Program-made: the position numbers and the translations under genes | Shown: in pieces, positions 1-10,143 of the stretch | How positions within the stretch are numbered: position 1 is the first letter of the stretch | Layout: each line of letters starts with the position of its first letter | DNA from: Deltaproteobacteria bacterium | GTDB taxonomy: Bacteria > Myxococcota_A > Polyangia > Fen-1088 | Length of the DNA: 64,000 nucleotides | NCBI GenBank assembly: GCA_033763315.1 | Contig: JANRKS010000031.1 | Location: 128,001-192,000 of the forward strand | Direction of reading: 5' to 3' | Notes under the pieces: generated by a model | Seen by the model: the letters and a program-made list of their open reading frames with translations, nothing else | Databases searched by the model: none | Told to the model about the DNA's origin: nothing

Positions 1-476
1 AGCCTCGCTTCGCCTACGCACCCATCGCCCACGCTCACGGAAACGGCATAATTGCCCGCTTGTTCGAGGGGTACTTTGATTAAAGACGCATCGCCGGACG
101 TGGCTTCAGGCGCGATGCTCACACCGCCGCGTGACACTTGCCACTGCCAGTTGAGGGCAAGCGGCCGCGGTTGCCCCACCACTTCGCCGCGCAAACGTAC
201 GAACAAGCCCGGGCCTGCGGGCAAGTTTGTTAGATCCGGTGTGGTGACCGATCGAATGTTCACTTGGCAGGGTAACGGTGCCACATCAGGTGTGAAGATA
301 ACGCCGGCGTCATTGGCGGCGGCGTCAGCACCAGGGATCGAATCGAACTTTACAGAGCCGTCGGCGAGTCCTGCTCCTCCATCGCCCGCCGCTGCGTCTG
401 CTCCAGTCTCTACGTCATCGTCGCCGGCACACGCACACAGCGTTGCAAGCATCAGGGTCATAAGCAACCGCTTCAT
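1..476 (-). CDS. Lipoprotein B' (partial, runs off the window); paralogue of 1606..3657
   Basis: Not in the ORF track; translated by hand: MKRLLMTLMLATLCAC-AGDDD...PCQVNIRSVTTPDLTNLPAGPGLFVRLRGEV. Lipobox-like signal. ATG (474-476) overlaps the TGA of the upstream gene (ATGA). Confidence 0.8.
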   Translation of the reverse strand, partial: MKRLLMTLMLATLCACAGDDDVETGADAAAGDGGAGLADGSVKFDSIPGADAAANDAGVIFTPDVAPLPCQVNIRSVTTPDLTNLPAGPGLFVRLRGEVVGQPRPLALNWQWQVSRGGVSIAPEATSGDASLIKVPLEQAGNYAVSVSVGDGCVGEAR

Positions 477-1567
477 AGGATGTACCTCACAGTCCACGTC
501 ATCCTTTGCGAGCATTGGCCGCCGCCAGACGATGGCGCGTTTGCACTTGCCCTCACGCACGACGCCTCGCTCTCCGCACAGTTGAGCGGCACAGCCATCC
601 GATCGAGCACTTCCACCCGCACCTCGATTTCATCGCCTTGCACGAATGATTGAGCGGGCAACCTGAAGGACGCTTGGTTGTAATCCGTGACGCGCGCCAT
701 TTGGTTTTGCCTGCCGGTTTCTTTTTTGCGCAGCAGCCACACGAAATCCACCTTGGATGATTGCCCTTCGCGCGGTGGAAACGGATCGCCATCGTCATCA
801 ACAGCAACGGTGAACGCCACATCTTCGTCCCAGCGGCGTAAGATCGTCCCTGCGCCGCCGCTTTCGGTGTCGCGTACGCACGGCAGCTGATCAGGCCTGA
901 CCTCAAAGCTTGTGGACGCTATGGCGCCAGCCATTCCCAAGCTGTCGGTGACCGCGAGGTGTGCCGCATATTTTCCGGGCGTGGGAGGCGAAAAACACAG
1001 CACGCTGCCATCGTTCGGCTCGGCGCATGGTGTTCCTGGCATCGTGGAGCCATCGGGCAACGTGATCGTCCACGCAAAAGCCATAACGCCGTCTTTCTCC
1101 GCATCCATGGCGCCGCCCGCGATCATTAGCTCTTGGTAGAGGGCGAACACGGGTGTGGCCGTTGGCAGCAGTCCTTTGAACGATATGGTCGCGGTGGGCC
1201 CTTGGTTTTCCACAACCACGTCCTTCCACACCAGCGTTTCTGCGCCCTGGCTATCCTGCGCCAGAACCCACACGCAAACGGGCCCCGGTGTTTCTGTTTT
1301 CACCGAAAAAGCCGGACCGCTCACAGCCGCGCCCAATGTGGCGCGCGGTCGTGCGGCCAGATCCGCAGGGCACGCGCCCGGCAACCAGCCCCATTGCAGC
1401 GCAGCGGTGTCTGCGTCCACCGTGAACTGTTGGCTGCTGTTGCGACCTATTTTGTCCGGGCCCTTGATGGGTCCCACCTCAGGCGCTTCATTGATCGGTT
1501 CAGACAGCAAACAACCTGCGTTTGCCGCGCAAAGAACGCTGAAACTCAAAAGCCACTGCCTGCTCAT
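473..1567 (-). CDS. Lipoprotein A' with PKD/Ig-like domains; paralogue of 3654..4739
   Basis: Start moved to MSRQWLLSFSVLCAANAGC (lipobox). Shares LLxEPINxAPEV and C-terminal QRMTWTVR with 3654..4739. Confidence 0.8.
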   Translation of the reverse strand: MSRQWLLSFSVLCAANAGCLLSEPINEAPEVGPIKGPDKIGRNSSQQFTVDADTAALQWGWLPGACPADLAARPRATLGAAVSGPAFSVKTETPGPVCVWVLAQDSQGAETLVWKDVVVENQGPTATISFKGLLPTATPVFALYQELMIAGGAMDAEKDGVMAFAWTITLPDGSTMPGTPCAEPNDGSVLCFSPPTPGKYAAHLAVTDSLGMAGAIASTSFEVRPDQLPCVRDTESGGAGTILRRWDEDVAFTVAVDDDGDPFPPREGQSSKVDFVWLLRKKETGRQNQMARVTDYNQASFRLPAQSFVQGDEIEVRVEVLDRMAVPLNCAESEASCVRASANAPSSGGGQCSQRMTWTVRYIL

Positions 1568-1605
1568 TGCGGTGAAACTAACATAAGATTGAGCTGCGGT
1601 TATGG

Positions 1606-3657
1606 TCACAACGATGTGGGGTCGGCGCCCAACAAAACGAACCGGCCGGCGTTGTCGGTGCGCACTTCTGATAGTGGAATCGCAGCGTCGGAAGCGCCCG
1701 TCGAAGATGCCGCTGACGCTTGCCAGCCGCACGACGCCACGCAGTCGAAGCTTTTGCCCACGCAGAAAAGTTGCGTGATGCTTCCACCCAGCGCCCCCGT
1801 TGCCGAACGAATCGTACCCGTGATGCGTGTGGCCGCTTCGAGCGTTCGTGCCACGGCGATCGTCATGTCAGCGCCCTGCACGCCAACCTCACCTAAAGAC
1901 GCGTTCGGATAGCCGGTGGCGGGCAATGGCAGCACGCGCAACCGGTAGGTTCGATAAGGAGGCAGGGCCAACATGTAGCCGCCGTCCGGCCCCACCTTTG
2001 CGGTAAATGGTGGATCCGCGGATGCACCGGTATCGAACGCCTGGATCGTGGCACCGGCGGCCGCTGCGAGGGGCAGCAATGCGCCGCGCACCTTCACGGG
2101 TGCGGCCAGGCCGCGCATCACGGAAGCGTTCTGCACACCCACATCGATCGTCATGGCGGTGCGTGCCAGCCCCGGCGCCCTTGGCGGCGTGAGCAACAAG
2201 TTGTATTGGCCCACAGGCAAGCCTTCGAATGTAATGGCTCCGTTGCCATCGGTGATTGCCCGGCGCAAGACGGTGCCTCGCAGGGGCCGCGCTGTGGTGG
2301 TGCCGACCTGTAACGTGCCTGCGTTTTCGATGGGCGCTGAACGTTCCATTTGCACTTCCACACCTGCCACAGGTGTGGTGCCCACCGGATCGCGAATCTG
2401 CAGGGCCAGGTTCGATGCCTGCAAGCTCGCCCAACTGATGTTTACATCTTCGAGGCTGCCGAACTCGGGCACCGCCAACCCTTGGCTTTCATCTAAGATG
2501 AGATCGGGCAAAGATGAGCCTTCATCGCCGCGTATGATGGCTGAAAACATGCCCTTAGTGCTGCGGAGAACAAACGCGCCCGTGGCATCGCTGATGCCCA
2601 GCGTGGAAGGCACGCCGCCATTTCGCATCAGCAGGCGCGCTTTCGCGACCGCAACACCTGCCCTTTTCACGTGGCCTCTGATGGCTGTGCCTTCGGGTAA
2701 CTTCAAAGGAGGCATCGTCTTGAGCTCCACCAGATTCTTGTTGGCGAGCAGAAGCGGGGCGAGCGTGTCGCCATCGGGCACAATGAGAACATTGTAACCA
2801 AGCCATCCATCAAGTTGCGCTTTGAACGCCGCCACCGTGCCCTGTGCGTTTTGCGTGTGACTTTCCCAACGAAAAGATGACGTTGTTGAAATGATGCTCA
2901 CAAAGGCAGGTACGACCACACTGCCCGCGGGTGAATCCCTTTGAGGCGCGATGGTGACATCTACGGCGGGCCTGAGCTCCAGGTTTTGTTGCGTTTCGGC
3001 ACCGCTTGTCAGCGTCAAGGGCTCTTCCCGGGGCAGGAGCCCCAAGTTCGGCGGTGGCAGAACCCGCAAACACAGATCCGTGGTTCGCTCGTTGGCGTTT
3101 ACGGCCAGCAACACTCGCGTCACAGTGCACGTTTTGTCGTCTACGGTGCCCGTCAGCGAAACAAGATACGTGCCTGGCTGTTGGACGGGGAACCGGAACT
3201 CCGATGTGCCTTGATCTTCTGAGGCAACGGACGTCAATGAGTTTTGCAATTGCACCGACCAGGCGAAGGTCGAACCAGCCTTCATCTCGCCCGGACGCAC
3301 GCGCGCTTGCAGCACCACTTCGGCATTGGGGCTAGCCATCACTCGGGTAAGATCGCTGTTGGTCAGGCTGCCGATGTCCAGCGGGCAATCGACCGCCATA
3401 TCCGCGGGTGAGCCACCCGAACCCAGCGAGCCGCCACTGGCGCTTGAGCCGCCGAGGCCTCCGCCGCTGGATGAGCCGCCTTTGCCCCCTGCCTCGGAGC
3501 TTTGCTCACCGCCACCGCCTGAGGGCACGCCGTTGCTGTCACCCCCGCTCCCATCATTGTCGCTGCCGCTGCCCCGGTCAGACGAAGCCACTCCGCTGCA
3601 CGCCACCAGCGCGAGCGCAAACAACCCGCAAGCGGCACGAAGCTGCGAGACACTCAT
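1606..3657 (-). CDS. Lipoprotein B with Gly/Ser linker and carboxypeptidase-regulatory-like beta-sandwich repeats
   Basis: MSVSQLRAACGLFALALVAC lipobox, Gly-rich linker, repeated (T/S)DxxGxF/Y motifs. ATGA overlap with the upstream gene. Confidence 0.8.
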   Translation of the reverse strand: MSVSQLRAACGLFALALVACSGVASSDRGSGSDNDGSGGDSNGVPSGGGGEQSSEAGGKGGSSSGGGLGGSSASGGSLGSGGSPADMAVDCPLDIGSLTNSDLTRVMASPNAEVVLQARVRPGEMKAGSTFAWSVQLQNSLTSVASEDQGTSEFRFPVQQPGTYLVSLTGTVDDKTCTVTRVLLAVNANERTTDLCLRVLPPPNLGLLPREEPLTLTSGAETQQNLELRPAVDVTIAPQRDSPAGSVVVPAFVSIISTTSSFRWESHTQNAQGTVAAFKAQLDGWLGYNVLIVPDGDTLAPLLLANKNLVELKTMPPLKLPEGTAIRGHVKRAGVAVAKARLLMRNGGVPSTLGISDATGAFVLRSTKGMFSAIIRGDEGSSLPDLILDESQGLAVPEFGSLEDVNISWASLQASNLALQIRDPVGTTPVAGVEVQMERSAPIENAGTLQVGTTTARPLRGTVLRRAITDGNGAITFEGLPVGQYNLLLTPPRAPGLARTAMTIDVGVQNASVMRGLAAPVKVRGALLPLAAAAGATIQAFDTGASADPPFTAKVGPDGGYMLALPPYRTYRLRVLPLPATGYPNASLGEVGVQGADMTIAVARTLEAATRITGTIRSATGALGGSITQLFCVGKSFDCVASCGWQASAASSTGASDAAIPLSEVRTDNAGRFVLLGADPTSL

Positions 3658-4739
3658 CGGAACCTCACTGTCCACGTCATGCGCTGCAAGCACAGGCTGG
3701 TGCCGCACACGTCGTCGCTGGCTTTACACGTCGCGGGCCGCGCCACGCGATCAAACACGTCCACACGCACGCGCAGCTCGTCGGCCGGTAGATACCGGTT
3801 GGGCAAGACGTAAACGCGATCCGTTTGTTCCACCAAGGCCAGGAATGTTGAGCTGCTGCTGTCGCTGACACTCCATTGAAAACGAGCCTTCGAGCTGCCT
3901 TGGCTCGTGGTTGGAAACGCATCCAGATCGTCTGCCACAAATACCTCGAAATGCAGCGGCTCACGCGCGTCTTGCACCACCTGTGCGGCGCGGGGCATGG
4001 CCAGAAGGCACGGCGGTTGATCCTCATCTGCCATCACCTCAAGCTTGCGGTCGATTGCGACAAGTGATCGCGTTGCGTCGGCGGCGCCCCACTTTACCGT
4101 CACCACCCACGGCCCCGGCGTTGTGACCACAAAACAGTGATCGCTTGCAGGCCGTTTCGCGTCTTCGCAGGTGCCGAACGCCACATCTTCGCCATCAGGC
4201 GTTTGCAGCGCGAGCGTGAAAACAGGCACGTCTCCCGCATCAGGATCGCTTGCCACCGCGCTTACCACCACTTCGCTGCCAAGCCTTGCCTTGCTTCCGG
4301 CCGCCGGTTGCACCTGCATCAGCGCCACCTCTGGCTGTCGATCCGAAACCCTAATCTCGGATTGTGCGATCGCATGGGCACCTTGGCTGTCTGTCGCTTG
4401 CACGCGAATGCAAAAATCGCCCAGCTCGTTGGATCCGGGGGTGAAGACGAAGCTTGATCCCGTGGCGTCGGATGTCCAAGCCATGGGCTTCGGGCCGCAT
4501 GCACCCTGCGTTTTGTTCCAGGCAAAGCGAATCGAAGCGGCACCTTCGTTCGCGACGCCCGCTGCAAAGGTGATTTGCTGTCCACGGTAAAACGGGCCCT
4601 GTGGCGGCGTGATCGACACTTCAGGCGCCATGTTGATCGGCTCCCCCAAAAGGCAGGCCGTCAAACTCGTGAGGGCTGTCAGGCCTATCAGGGCAAGGCA
4701 GGAGCTCACCCACGCTCCTTGGAACCATGTCCGTATCAC
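3654..4739 (-). CDS. Lipoprotein A with PKD/Ig-like domains
   Basis: Signal peptide ending LTAC; NMAPEVSI and VQATDSQG Ig/PKD-like motifs; paired Cys. Confidence 0.8.
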   Translation of the reverse strand: MIRTWFQGAWVSSCLALIGLTALTSLTACLLGEPINMAPEVSITPPQGPFYRGQQITFAAGVANEGAASIRFAWNKTQGACGPKPMAWTSDATGSSFVFTPGSNELGDFCIRVQATDSQGAHAIAQSEIRVSDRQPEVALMQVQPAAGSKARLGSEVVVSAVASDPDAGDVPVFTLALQTPDGEDVAFGTCEDAKRPASDHCFVVTTPGPWVVTVKWGAADATRSLVAIDRKLEVMADEDQPPCLLAMPRAAQVVQDAREPLHFEVFVADDLDAFPTTSQGSSKARFQWSVSDSSSSTFLALVEQTDRVYVLPNRYLPADELRVRVDVFDRVARPATCKASDDVCGTSLCLQRMTWTVRFR

Positions 4740-4891
4740 GCGTTGACGTTACCATACCGATGGCTTGTGCAAGGCGGAGGCCACACGCTGGGGGCGCGAT
4801 TTTGAACGGCTTTTGGGGCCGCGGCGCCGTGTCTATGCTCGCGCCTTTGAGGAAGGCGGATCGGAATGTCGGGGTTACGTCGTCTGAGGCC

Positions 4892-6664
4892 TTAGGGATG
4901 GGCGCCCGAAGATCCCGCCGGCACGATGGGTTTGCCCGTGGCGTCGGGGACGATGTTGACGTCGAGGCGCGCGCCCGGTTTCACGCTTAGCGTTGTCACA
5001 AGGACGCGGGGCCCCTCTTTGGTCAAAGCGCAAAACACTTGGTGCGGGCCAGGCTGCACCACATCGTAAATCCGCGGTGGCGCCTTGCGGCTGTTGTCGC
5101 CGTCGAGCGACGGAAAACAAAATGCAAAGCGCGCGAACAGCCGCACCGAAGCGGGCAGGGGAGCGACCGTTTCGGATGGCGTAGGTTTTGCGGCGGCTGG
5201 CTCTGGCGGTGGCGGAGTTGGCGCAGGCACTTCCGCCGGTGGCAGCGAGGTGGCGATGACCTCCGGTTTCTTCCTGGGCACACGCTTGGCGGCTTTCGGC
5301 GCCGCGAGCACAGGCGCCGCGTCCGGCGTGGTGTGGCCATTTGCGGCCGCCACCGGCGCCGGGGCGATCGAGGTTGGCGCTGGTGGTTTGATCGTTTCCG
5401 TCACAGCCGCGTCAAACGGAGCCGCCGGCAGCGCGCGCTTGTGCTGCGCCGACCACCGAACGCCGCCCCAGATCGCTGCGGCCAACAAGGCGCCGCCACC
5501 CGCGGCCAACACAACGCGGCCCCATTTGCGTTGCGACGAAAGCCTGTCGATCATGCGCGACGCTTCGGCGTGGTTCGGCACGTACGCCACCGCACGACCA
5601 AGTTCTGCCAAGGCCCGTGCCAACTGCCGTTTGCGTACAAAAGCACGCGCGTTCTGCACCGCATGCGCTGCCAATTTCGGCGCCAGCGTTTCCGCCAGTT
5701 GCGTTGGCTTATCCAAAAGCTCGCGCACAACCTTGGACGGATCGGTCAGTCCCACGTGGCCCGCGCAGGCGCGAAGTTGCATCGCCAGCTCTTGCGCCGA
5801 TGCAATGCGATCGCTCGGGTTGGGGCGCAAGCAACCAACGATGATGCGATCGAGTTCGGGACCCACGCGTGCGTCGATCTGTCCCGCACGTCGATACTCG
5901 CCTTTGCAGATCGATGTGATCACCGTGATCGGATCGCGTCCTGCAAATGGCAGCTTGCCGGTGGCCATCTGGTAAAGCAGCACACCCATCGCCCACACAT
6001 CAACGGCGGGCCCCACACTTTGCCCACGGGCTTGTTCGGGTGCCATATACGCGGGCGAGCCCACCATCGCTCCCGTGGCCGTCATGGTCGTCAGATCGCC
6101 CACGTGCGCCACACCAAAATCTGCCAGCACCACGCGCGCGCCCTGATCACGCCGTTCGATCATGATGTTGGCGGGCTTCACATCGCGGTGAACCACGCCG
6201 TGCTTGTGCGCCGCAAACAGAGCCTCGGCCACCTCGGCCGCCACCAACGCAGCCAGCTCAGGGATCAACGCGCCGCCTCGCGCTTGCAGCAACGATTGCA
6301 GCGTTTCCCCAACGATCAGCTCCTCGATGAGATAGGCACTGTGCCCGCCTGCGGCCGGGACAAAATCATAGACCTCCACGATGTTCGGGTGGCGAAGCGC
6401 AGCCACCGCCATCGCTTCGCGACGAAACCTCTCCGCGCCTCCACTTTGGCTGGCCACAGCGGGGTTCAAAACCTTGATCGCCACGCGCCGGCCCAAGGTG
6501 GGATCGTGAGCACGGAACACGGTTGCCATGGCCCCGTGACCGAGCGGATACTCCAACACAAAACGACCCAGCACATCGCCCGCACGCGGCGGTTGAATCG
6601 CGGACGCCTGGGAGGGATGTGCGCCGTCCAGCTCTTCTTGTGAGGGATCGTTGCGCTCGGTCAC
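4892..6664 (-). CDS. Hanks-type Ser/Thr protein kinase with TM helix and Pro/Ala-rich extracytoplasmic region
   Basis: LGHGAMATV, VAIK, HRDVKPAN, DFG, YMAPE, DVWAMG motifs; short TPR-like segment then a TM helix. Confidence 0.95.
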   Translation of the reverse strand: MTERNDPSQEELDGAHPSQASAIQPPRAGDVLGRFVLEYPLGHGAMATVFRAHDPTLGRRVAIKVLNPAVASQSGGAERFRREAMAVAALRHPNIVEVYDFVPAAGGHSAYLIEELIVGETLQSLLQARGGALIPELAALVAAEVAEALFAAHKHGVVHRDVKPANIMIERRDQGARVVLADFGVAHVGDLTTMTATGAMVGSPAYMAPEQARGQSVGPAVDVWAMGVLLYQMATGKLPFAGRDPITVITSICKGEYRRAGQIDARVGPELDRIIVGCLRPNPSDRIASAQELAMQLRACAGHVGLTDPSKVVRELLDKPTQLAETLAPKLAAHAVQNARAFVRKRQLARALAELGRAVAYVPNHAEASRMIDRLSSQRKWGRVVLAAGGGALLAAAIWGGVRWSAQHKRALPAAPFDAAVTETIKPPAPTSIAPAPVAAANGHTTPDAAPVLAAPKAAKRVPRKKPEVIATSLPPAEVPAPTPPPPEPAAAKPTPSETVAPLPASVRLFARFAFCFPSLDGDNSRKAPPRIYDVVQPGPHQVFCALTKEGPRVLVTTLSVKPGARLDVNIVPDATGKPIVPAGSSGAHP

Positions 6665-6670
6665 GCTGGC

Positions 6671-7201
6671 CTACGACGTTTTGCCCGCGCCCGCTTTGGC
6701 TTCGGCAAGCTTTTCGGAGATCACCGCGGCACCAGGTTCAAAGGTGCGCGCGAAATTGAAGTTCAATGCGGCGCCTTTAAAGTCTTTGTTGCCCAAGGCA
6801 ATCATCCCAAGCCGGAAGAATTTCTTGGCGTCTGGGTGCTTCAAGGTCTCTTCAGGGTTCACTGGCCCGCGGCGCTCCCGCGACGTTGTCAGCAAGCGCT
6901 TTTGCCCGCGCGTCAGCGCTTCGTCGTATTGGGCACGCTTGGCGGGATCCGAGAGCACACGATAGCCTTCGGCGATCCGAGCGTAGATCGTTTCCAGGCG
7001 ACGCTTGGCATCCGCGTCAGGCAGCGTTGCGTATCGATCGGGGTGCAGCTTGGCGGCCACTTCGTAAAACGCCTTGCGCAACGTTGGCTGATCGGCTTTA
7101 GGGTTCACGTTCAGAAGCTCGTAGTACGAACGACTTTCCAGCGTCGGCTCCACCAACCGCGCAAACGACGCTAGCTGCAGCAACTGTTCAGAGACACTCA
7201 T
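6671..7201 (-). CDS. J-domain (DnaJ-like) protein with C-terminal TPR-like helix pair
   Basis: SYYELLNV...KLHPDRY...GYRVLSDPAKRAQYD; HPD intact. Confidence 0.92.
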   Translation of the reverse strand: MSVSEQLLQLASFARLVEPTLESRSYYELLNVNPKADQPTLRKAFYEVAAKLHPDRYATLPDADAKRRLETIYARIAEGYRVLSDPAKRAQYDEALTRGQKRLLTTSRERRGPVNPEETLKHPDAKKFFRLGMIALGNKDFKGAALNFNFARTFEPGAAVISEKLAEAKAGAGKTS

Positions 7202-7214
7202 GGTTCATGCAACT

Positions 7215-8801
7215 TCAGTCTTTGACAGCGGGCAAGTGGTCGGCCGCCGCGCGATCAGCCGCCGCATCAACTTCTTGCGCGCTCATCGCGCCACGCACAT
7301 TCACTTGTGCTTCTTGAAACGAACCGGTTTCAAGATCACGCGCACGCACCCGCAAGATGCCGTTCGTGTCTACGCGGAAGGTCACCTCGATTGAAACCTC
7401 ACCACGGCGCGCGGGGCGAATGCCCGAAAGTTCCAGATCACCCAGCGGGTAGTTTTCGTCAAACCGCCGCGCTTCGCCTTGGCACACTTGAATGCGCACG
7501 ATCGATTGATTGTCCGCTGACGTGGAGAACACACGTGTTTGCTCTACGGGCAGCGGCACATTCCGCTCCACGATGGTTTCAGCGAAGCCACCTGAGACGG
7601 CAATGCCCAAAGCCCGTGGCGTCACATCCAGCAACACCGCGCGGTTGGATACGTCGCCTGTGCCGAAGGCCAGGTTGTCGGCCTGAATGGCCGCGCCCCA
7701 GGCCACCACTTCATCGGGGTTCAGATCCACGCGCGGCGGCCGGCCGAAGAACCGCTGCGCTTCGGTGCGTACGAGCGGCATGCGCGTTGACCCGCCAACC
7801 ATGATCACTTCATCAATCTGTGAAACGGTCAGCTGCGCGGCCTGCATCACCGCATGGCACGTGGCGAACGTCCGTTGCACCAAGGGATACACGCCCCGAT
7901 CAAAATCGTCGCGTCGAATCGCAAAGCGCAGGTTCAAGGTTTGCCCTTGATCGTTGACCACCAATTGCTTCAGGTCACCCTTGGCTTCTGGACGATCGGA
8001 CAGGTGGCGTTTGACTTGTTCTGCCGCCAGCATCAGGCGTGCACGTGAGCTTTGTGCCGCGCGCGGATCCACGCCCGTTTGCTGCATGCACTGCTCGGCC
8101 AACATGTTCATCAAAACGGCGTCAGCGTCGTCGCCACCCAGGAAGCTGTCACCACCAGTGGCCAACACTTCAAATACGTCACCTTCCACCTGCAAGATGG
8201 TGACGTCGAACGTGCCGCCGCCAAAGTCATACACGGCGATCCGGCGCGACATATTGCGGCCCATGCCGTACGCCAAAGCGGCCGCGGTGGGCTCGTTCAA
8301 GATGCGCATCACTTCCAGGCCCGCGATGCGGCCGGCGTCCATGGTGGCGCGGCGTTGGGCGTCGTTGAAATTGGCAGGCACGGTGATCACGGCGCCTGAA
8401 ACAGAATCGCCGAGATAAAACTCGGAACACTGTTTCAGATACGACAGGAACAAGCCGCCGATCTCGGGAATCGTGTAATTGCGATCGGGGCCCACCACAA
8501 CCGCTTGCTCGTTGTTGCCCTCGGTCAGCTTGTAGGGCAGCCGTGAGGTGGCAAACCGCACCTCATCTGAGCGAAAAGGCAGGCCCATCAGTCGCTTGGC
8601 CGAATAAACGGTGAACTCGGGCGCCACAATTCGCCGCGCCACCGCCTCGTGCGAAAAGAGCTTCAGCCCGTCGGATGAAAACGACACCACCGACGGATGC
8701 AGGTGGCGACCTTGTCCATCGGGAACAACCATCACCTGCCCGTTTTGCACGGTGGCGATGACCGAGTTCGTGGTTCCTAAATCGATCCCGACGACGGCCA
8801 T
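7215..8801 (-). CDS. Hsp70 (DnaK-like) paralogue, 528 aa, lacking the helical lid
   Basis: [40 protein letters not shown], linker VLLDVTP, beta substrate-binding domain; ends shortly after it. Confidence 0.95.
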   Translation of the reverse strand: MAVVGIDLGTTNSVIATVQNGQVMVVPDGQGRHLHPSVVSFSSDGLKLFSHEAVARRIVAPEFTVYSAKRLMGLPFRSDEVRFATSRLPYKLTEGNNEQAVVVGPDRNYTIPEIGGLFLSYLKQCSEFYLGDSVSGAVITVPANFNDAQRRATMDAGRIAGLEVMRILNEPTAAALAYGMGRNMSRRIAVYDFGGGTFDVTILQVEGDVFEVLATGGDSFLGGDDADAVLMNMLAEQCMQQTGVDPRAAQSSRARLMLAAEQVKRHLSDRPEAKGDLKQLVVNDQGQTLNLRFAIRRDDFDRGVYPLVQRTFATCHAVMQAAQLTVSQIDEVIMVGGSTRMPLVRTEAQRFFGRPPRVDLNPDEVVAWGAAIQADNLAFGTGDVSNRAVLLDVTPRALGIAVSGGFAETIVERNVPLPVEQTRVFSTSADNQSIVRIQVCQGEARRFDENYPLGDLELSGIRPARRGEVSIEVTFRVDTNGILRVRARDLETGSFQEAQVNVRGAMSAQEVDAAADRAAADHLPAVKD

Positions 8802-8822
8802 TTCTTACACAAATTCCGGCAC

Positions 8823-10043
8823 TTATTGTACAGCCATTTTGTCGTCCAGCGCCACTGCCAGACCCAAAACAAGCGCGGTTGTTATCACGGAGCCTACGGC
8901 CACCAGCACGGGCCAGCGTTTTTTCGCCCAACCTCCGGGATCTTGGGTGGGGTTTTCCGGCGGTCCCGCGGCCTTGGTCGGCGCAGATGTGATGATGAGG
9001 CCACCGCTGTCCTCTTGTAATGCTCCTTGCTGTGCCAACAAATCGCGCCGACGTGCCTGCTCATCCATCCGCATGACCGCGGCGAACACGCCTCCCACCT
9101 CGCCCGTGAGCGCCACGCGCGTGGAATCAATGCGCTTGCCTGTGATCACCTCCACCAAGCGCAATTCGATCGCCGGCTGTGCGCCCGGCTTGAGTTCGGC
9201 CACCAACGCGAAGGCCGCACTCATGCGTCGCGCGTGATCGGCGGCGTCCGCATCGGCGAACGTCTTAAAAATCTGATCGGGCACGTCTACCTGCACGCGC
9301 GACAGACTCAATGGTACGACATTCGCCCACGGCCGCCGGCCCGGGCGCTCCACGCGGATGTAGTGTTGGCCAAAAGGCAAAGACAGGCTCACAGGTGCCG
9401 CCGCGACGGGGCGCCCGTCCACACTGATCAGGGCGTCGCTTGCGGCGTTGATCACCAACGTGCCTTCGCCGCGGCGTTTGTTCTCGGCCACCGCGGCGGC
9501 ATGCCGAGCCACAGCCACGGGCGGGAACGTGCGTTGGTAAAGCTGTCGCTGCGGGCACAAAGCCGCCGCTTGCAAATACGCTTGCCACGCCTCGGGCGGC
9601 GGTGCGGGCGGGCCTCCCTCCGGCAAATCGTGCCAATCGGCGCGTTCATAGGCCATGGCCAGATACAGATGAAGGTTGCACAGCTCTTCTTGTGACAGGC
9701 CATTCGCACCCGTGGCCATCGCTTCTTCTACCGCGGGCAAAAGCAGCGAGCGCACTTCATCGAACGCCAACTCTTTGAAGCGCGCCACCGCCGCCGCCAA
9801 AGTTTTGCCAGCTTTGGGTGCGGGTTCTGGGGGCAAATCCACCGTTTCGACCGGCCCCAAACCCAACTTTGTGGCGGCTGTGGCAAAGGCCAGCTTGGCC
9901 GCCGCGTCGGCCGCGGCATCGTCAATGGCGACATAGAGCGGATGGGCCGCAGGGGGCGACGCGGCAACCTGCGCCTCGGCCGCTCCTCCCACAACACAAA
10001 CCAAAGCGACGCAACCGATATGTAAGCCAGTGAAGAGGCGCAT
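8823..10043 (-). CDS. Exported PEGA-domain protein with C-terminal TM anchor
   Basis: Signal peptide (AEA-Q); GTLVINAASDALISVDG...LPFGQHYIRVERPG PEGA pattern; hydrophobic C-terminus after KKRWP. Confidence 0.75.
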   Translation of the reverse strand: MRLFTGLHIGCVALVCVVGGAAEAQVAASPPAAHPLYVAIDDAAADAAAKLAFATAATKLGLGPVETVDLPPEPAPKAGKTLAAAVARFKELAFDEVRSLLLPAVEEAMATGANGLSQEELCNLHLYLAMAYERADWHDLPEGGPPAPPPEAWQAYLQAAALCPQRQLYQRTFPPVAVARHAAAVAENKRRGEGTLVINAASDALISVDGRPVAAAPVSLSLPFGQHYIRVERPGRRPWANVVPLSLSRVQVDVPDQIFKTFADADAADHARRMSAAFALVAELKPGAQPAIELRLVEVITGKRIDSTRVALTGEVGGVFAAVMRMDEQARRRDLLAQQGALQEDSGGLIITSAPTKAAGPPENPTQDPGGWAKKRWPVLVAVGSVITTALVLGLAVALDDKMAVQ

Positions 10044-10143
10044 GGCACGCATTGTTTCAGCCGGCACGCCTCCAGGTCAACTTCGGGTCAACATTTGCAA
10101 TCGGTGCCAGGTCCACCCCTGGGGCTGCTATGGTTTTGGGCTT

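Noticed and set aside
5039-6643. 534-aa plus-strand ORF, and similar long antisense ORFs (25538..26812, 39034..40035, 42416..43696, 55193..56119)
   Set aside because: They lie antisense to genes with clear motifs, have Arg/Ala/Ser-rich non-globular composition, and are expected shadows in high-GC DNA.
7215-8801. Calling the Hsp70 the housekeeping dnaK, or a pseudogene
   Set aside because: It lacks the lid and the grpE/hrcA context, yet the ORF and catalytic motifs are intact and tightly coupled to a J-protein; best read as a specialised paralogue.
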